Shown here: positions 60,826-64,000 of the stretch, in pieces
Numbering within the stretch: the first letter of the stretch is position 1
How the letters are laid out: each line of letters opens with the position of its first letter
Source: Bacillota bacterium
GTDB taxonomy: Bacteria > Bacillota > Clostridia > Oscillospirales > Ruminococcaceae
Assembly: GCA_023391005.1 (NCBI GenBank)
Contig: JAEWBS010000112.1
Location: 2,143-66,142, forward strand
DNA: 64,000 nt
Direction: 5' to 3'
The notes under the pieces: generated by a model
Told to the model about the DNA's origin: nothing
Seen by the model: the letters and a program-made list of their open reading frames with translations, nothing else
The model's database searches: none
Translations under genes and position numbers: made by a program

Positions 60826-62700
60826 CTATACACCACTCAAATGCTTGTTAAGCGTGACGCGCGTGATGCCTAATCGCTGAGCGGTCTTGGTTTTGTTAAA
60901 TCCTTCTTCTTTCAACGCCCGCAAAACAATGCGCTGTGTAATTTCCTCCAACGTGCCGGAGCATGCCATGGCGCTTAAATCTTCGTCGCTCGTTTGCTCT
61001 TCTATTTGGAGATGCTCCATGTCCCCCTCCCTAAAAAGGCCGTTTTCTGATAGAAGGACAATTTTCTGAACAATATTTTCAAGCTGCCTGACATTGCCCG
61101 GCCAGCTATAGGCGCTAAGGCGCGAAATGACGCTGTCATCCAACCGCAACGGCGGAAATCCGTATTTGCGGCAATATTTTTTAATAAAAAACTCAACTAA
61201 AAGCGGTACATCCTCAATGCGCTCACGCAGCGGCGGAATGTTAATGTTAAGCACACTGATGCGGTAATATAAATCCTCACGGAATCTCTTTTCGTTCACT
61301 GCGTCAAACAAGACTTTATTGGAGGCGGCAATAATGCGGACATTTACCGGTACAATGCTGTCGCCGCCCATCCGCATGACCTCGCGCTCCTGCAACACTC
61401 TTAATATTTTTGATTGGATCGCCAAATCCAGCTCGGCAATCTCGTCAAGAAACAAGGTTCCGTTGTGCGCAAGCTCAAAAACGCCCTTTTTTCCGCCTTT
61501 TCTGGCGCCGACAAACGCGCCGTCCACATAGCCGAACAGAGTGCTTTCAAGCTGTTCAGCGGGCAATGTCGCACAGTTTATAGCGATAAACGGGCCTCTT
61601 TTTCGCTTGCTGCTATTATGTATCGATTGGGCGAACAGTTCTTTTCCGGTTCCGCTCTCACCGTAAATAAAAACCGTCGAATCGACCGAGGCGTATTTCT
61701 GCGACAAACTGACCGTTTCTCGAATCTTAACGCCTGTCCCAATGATATCCTCAAAATGGTGTTTTGCAATCAAGCCCTTCTTGGATAAAGTCCGGCGGAT
61801 TTTTTGTTCTAATTCCTGAATTTCCGTAACATCCTCACAGGTGATGGCAACGCCCTTGCATTCCTTTTCCACCCAGACAGGGAAGGTATTTGCCACTATA
61901 TATTTCCCCTGCACCTTCACAATCTGCTGTGAGGTACCTTGTCCGCTTTCCAGCACCATGCGCGTATTAATTGCGGGGAGTATCAGGTTGATGTCGGTGT
62001 CGAGCACCTCTTGTTTGGTTATCTGAAACAGATTTTCGGCCACATGGTTAAACAGAATAATTTTAGAATCTTGATCTGTCACGATAATACCCTCGTCAAG
62101 ATGCTCCACAATAGCGTTAACACGGGAGTTTTTTTCGCGCTCTTGTAAAATAGCAGCGCAAATTTTTTCGGCCTTGTCGATGGCCTCCTCGACCGCTTCT
62201 TTACCGGATTTTACAAGCTCCACAACAAGCCCTTTATGCTTTGCAATACGCACCGCAACGGTGTCACCAACCACAATGTCAATATCCATACTACAAATCA
62301 TATCGACGATTCGTTCAATTTCTTCCTCAAACGTAAAGGGGAAGTAATAAATTTGCGTCCCCATCACTTCTTCAAGAATTTTAACGCCGGATATCACATT
62401 ATCCGCACCAATGACGGCGATGCGTCGATCTCGATATTTATATACCGCGCGCAGAATATCATAGGCGCACACCGCCACCTCTACAACAGGCAGCCCAAAC
62501 GATTTGCGCAGAAGGCGTGCTGTGCCGCCACGGCTGATAATGACTTCTTTATCGGTCAGATCGCACATTTGAATATTCTTAACCGCCTCAAAAAGCTCGC
62601 CGGTTACGATCTCCATTTTATCACCGCGCTGTTTCATCACTTGGCGCGCAATTTCCCGCATTCCGTCATATGTAGCGACAAACAAGATTTTTTTCAGCAT
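60826..62700 (-). CDS. PrpR_N-PAS-AAA-Fis enhancer-binding-type regulator
   Basis: ISRGGTA (PrpR_N), PAS, GESGTGKELFA, GAFVGA, FLDEI, WPGNVRQL. Confidence 0.9.
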   Translation of the reverse strand: MLKKILFVATYDGMREIARQVMKQRGDKMEIVTGELFEAVKNIQMCDLTDKEVIISRGGTARLLRKSFGLPVVEVAVCAYDILRAVYKYRDRRIAVIGADNVISGVKILEEVMGTQIYYFPFTFEEEIERIVDMICSMDIDIVVGDTVAVRIAKHKGLVVELVKSGKEAVEEAIDKAEKICAAILQEREKNSRVNAIVEHLDEGIIVTDQDSKIILFNHVAENLFQITKQEVLDTDINLILPAINTRMVLESGQGTSQQIVKVQGKYIVANTFPVWVEKECKGVAITCEDVTEIQELEQKIRRTLSKKGLIAKHHFEDIIGTGVKIRETVSLSQKYASVDSTVFIYGESGTGKELFAQSIHNSSKRKRGPFIAINCATLPAEQLESTLFGYVDGAFVGARKGGKKGVFELAHNGTLFLDEIAELDLAIQSKILRVLQEREVMRMGGDSIVPVNVRIIAASNKVLFDAVNEKRFREDLYYRISVLNINIPPLRERIEDVPLLVEFFIKKYCRKYGFPPLRLDDSVISRLSAYSWPGNVRQLENIVQKIVLLSENGLFREGDMEHLQIEEQTSDEDLSAMACSGTLEEITQRIVLRALKEEGFNKTKTAQRLGITRVTLNKHLSGV

Positions 62701-62850
62701 ATTATTACTCCTCCTGAAACGTTCTCGTAAGCGATATAGCATATCCAACATTTTCTACCTGATTTATATTATAGCACATGTTGCACCAAACATATAAACA
62801 ATGCGCTGCAGAGAGTGTATAGATTCCACTAAAACCTTTTTTATAGAAAG

Positions 62851-62896
62851 ATGGACAATGGATTTTTTACCATGAGGTAAAAATCCATTGTCCATC
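62851..62896 (-). terminator. hairpin downstream of sigK
   Basis: atggacaatggattttttacc-atga-ggtaaaaatccattgtccat. Confidence 0.6.
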
Positions 62897-62981
62897 TGAG
62901 CTTGAGAATCTGTATCGGGTTTTCTGAGCCCTTTATAGCCGTACCGATTAACACGCCTATTTCAGCCGCGTTATCAGCCGT

Positions 62982-63683
62982 CTATTGCTCCTTTTTTTCA
63001 AACTTCTCTCTCAGCTTAGAAAGCGCCTTCGATTCCAGCCTTGAGACGTAAGAACGCGATATACCCATACTTTGGGCAATCTCGCGCTGGGTTAGCGGGC
63101 GCTTGCCATGCAGACCGTAGCGCAGTATCACGATATCCCGCTCGCGGTCATTAAGCTCACTCTCGATGCTGTGATGCAGCTCCTGCGCCCGAAGGCGAAA
63201 TTCAATATCCTCAAAGATGCTGCCCTCATCCGCCATAATGTCCTGCAACGTCAGCGCGTTGCCGTCCTTGTCGGTATCAATCGGATCGAATATATAGACA
63301 TCCTGCGCTGTTTTTTTACGGTTGCGGAAGTACATGAGGATTTCGTTTTCTATACATCTGGAAGCGTAGGTTGCAAACCGTGTTCCTTTTTCATAGTCAA
63401 AGGTTGAGACCGCCTTGATCAAGCCGATGGTGCCGATCGAGATCAGATCATCCTGATCCTTGATATTGGAATAGTACTTTTTGATGATATGTACCACCAG
63501 CCGCAGATTGTGTTCAATCAGACGGTTTTTGGCCTGCGCGTCCCCTTCGCGGATCAGCTTTAAACATTCGCGTTCATTTTTAGCTGAAAGCGGTTTAGGG
63601 AATGAATTTCCGCTGCTGACATGCAACACAAAAAGGAGCCGCATCAACTGTGGCAGCCCTGCTAAAAGCGTCTCTAAAAACAT
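62982..63683 (-). CDS. sigK: sporulation sigma factor pro-sigmaK
   Basis: Hydrophobic pro-peptide, SFPKPLS, IEHNLRLV, DDLISIGTIGLIKA, YASRCIENEILM, TQREIA..GISRSYVSRLE. Confidence 0.92.
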   Translation of the reverse strand: MFLETLLAGLPQLMRLLFVLHVSSGNSFPKPLSAKNERECLKLIREGDAQAKNRLIEHNLRLVVHIIKKYYSNIKDQDDLISIGTIGLIKAVSTFDYEKGTRFATYASRCIENEILMYFRNRKKTAQDVYIFDPIDTDKDGNALTLQDIMADEGSIFEDIEFRLRAQELHHSIESELNDRERDIVILRYGLHGKRPLTQREIAQSMGISRSYVSRLESKALSKLREKFEKKEQ

Positions 63684-64000
63684 AGTATTCCGCCCTCTCA
63701 CGTTGTATTTCACCCTATATTTTATGTGAGAGTCTTGACGAAAAGCACGCGGCAGCGCCACAAACAGAAATGTTGCGGCAGACGCAGCCATGAGATAACG
63801 TGTCACCCCTATTGTACAGCGCTATTTTTACAGCAGCTAATTTATCTTGCTTACATACGTTTTAATTTAAATGTTTGCCTAAAACATCCAAATATAAGTT
63901 CAACCGCGATAAAAATAAGTCCGCGCTGCTCTAAAATCAGGAGAAGGTCTCATGATAAAAAATCCACCACCACCGCGCGGAAAATCAGGGGAATTACTTA

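Noticed and set aside
62982..63683. skin-like element interrupting sigK
   Set aside because: The reading frame is continuous from the pro-peptide to region 4.

Overview
Chromosomal segment from a spore-forming clostridial Firmicute, inferred from intact sigK, a BclB-type exosporium collagen, an agr system and an [FeFe]-hydrogenase-like gene. In order it carries: cymR/cysK, a nitroreductase, the hydrogenase-like gene, an LRR-vWA-AAA+ triad, bclB plus a glycosyltransferase, an agrACDB-like locus split by a BirA-regulated bioYBDA block, and an orphan ImmA/ImmR/ArpU phage-type switch with visible operators. Further on are several organic-acid catabolic islands (TRAP-FGGY-DhnA; GalB/GalC-like with TctABC; KdgT-GarR-glycerate kinase), a metal-handling cluster with two unannotated small ORFs, and sigK. 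The most unexplained structure is a ~370-nt hairpin-rich non-coding element in two diverged direct copies (3870-4238, 8325-8694). No rRNA, tRNA, CRISPR array, transposase or integrase was seen. All product calls come from motif recognition by eye; no database search was run.
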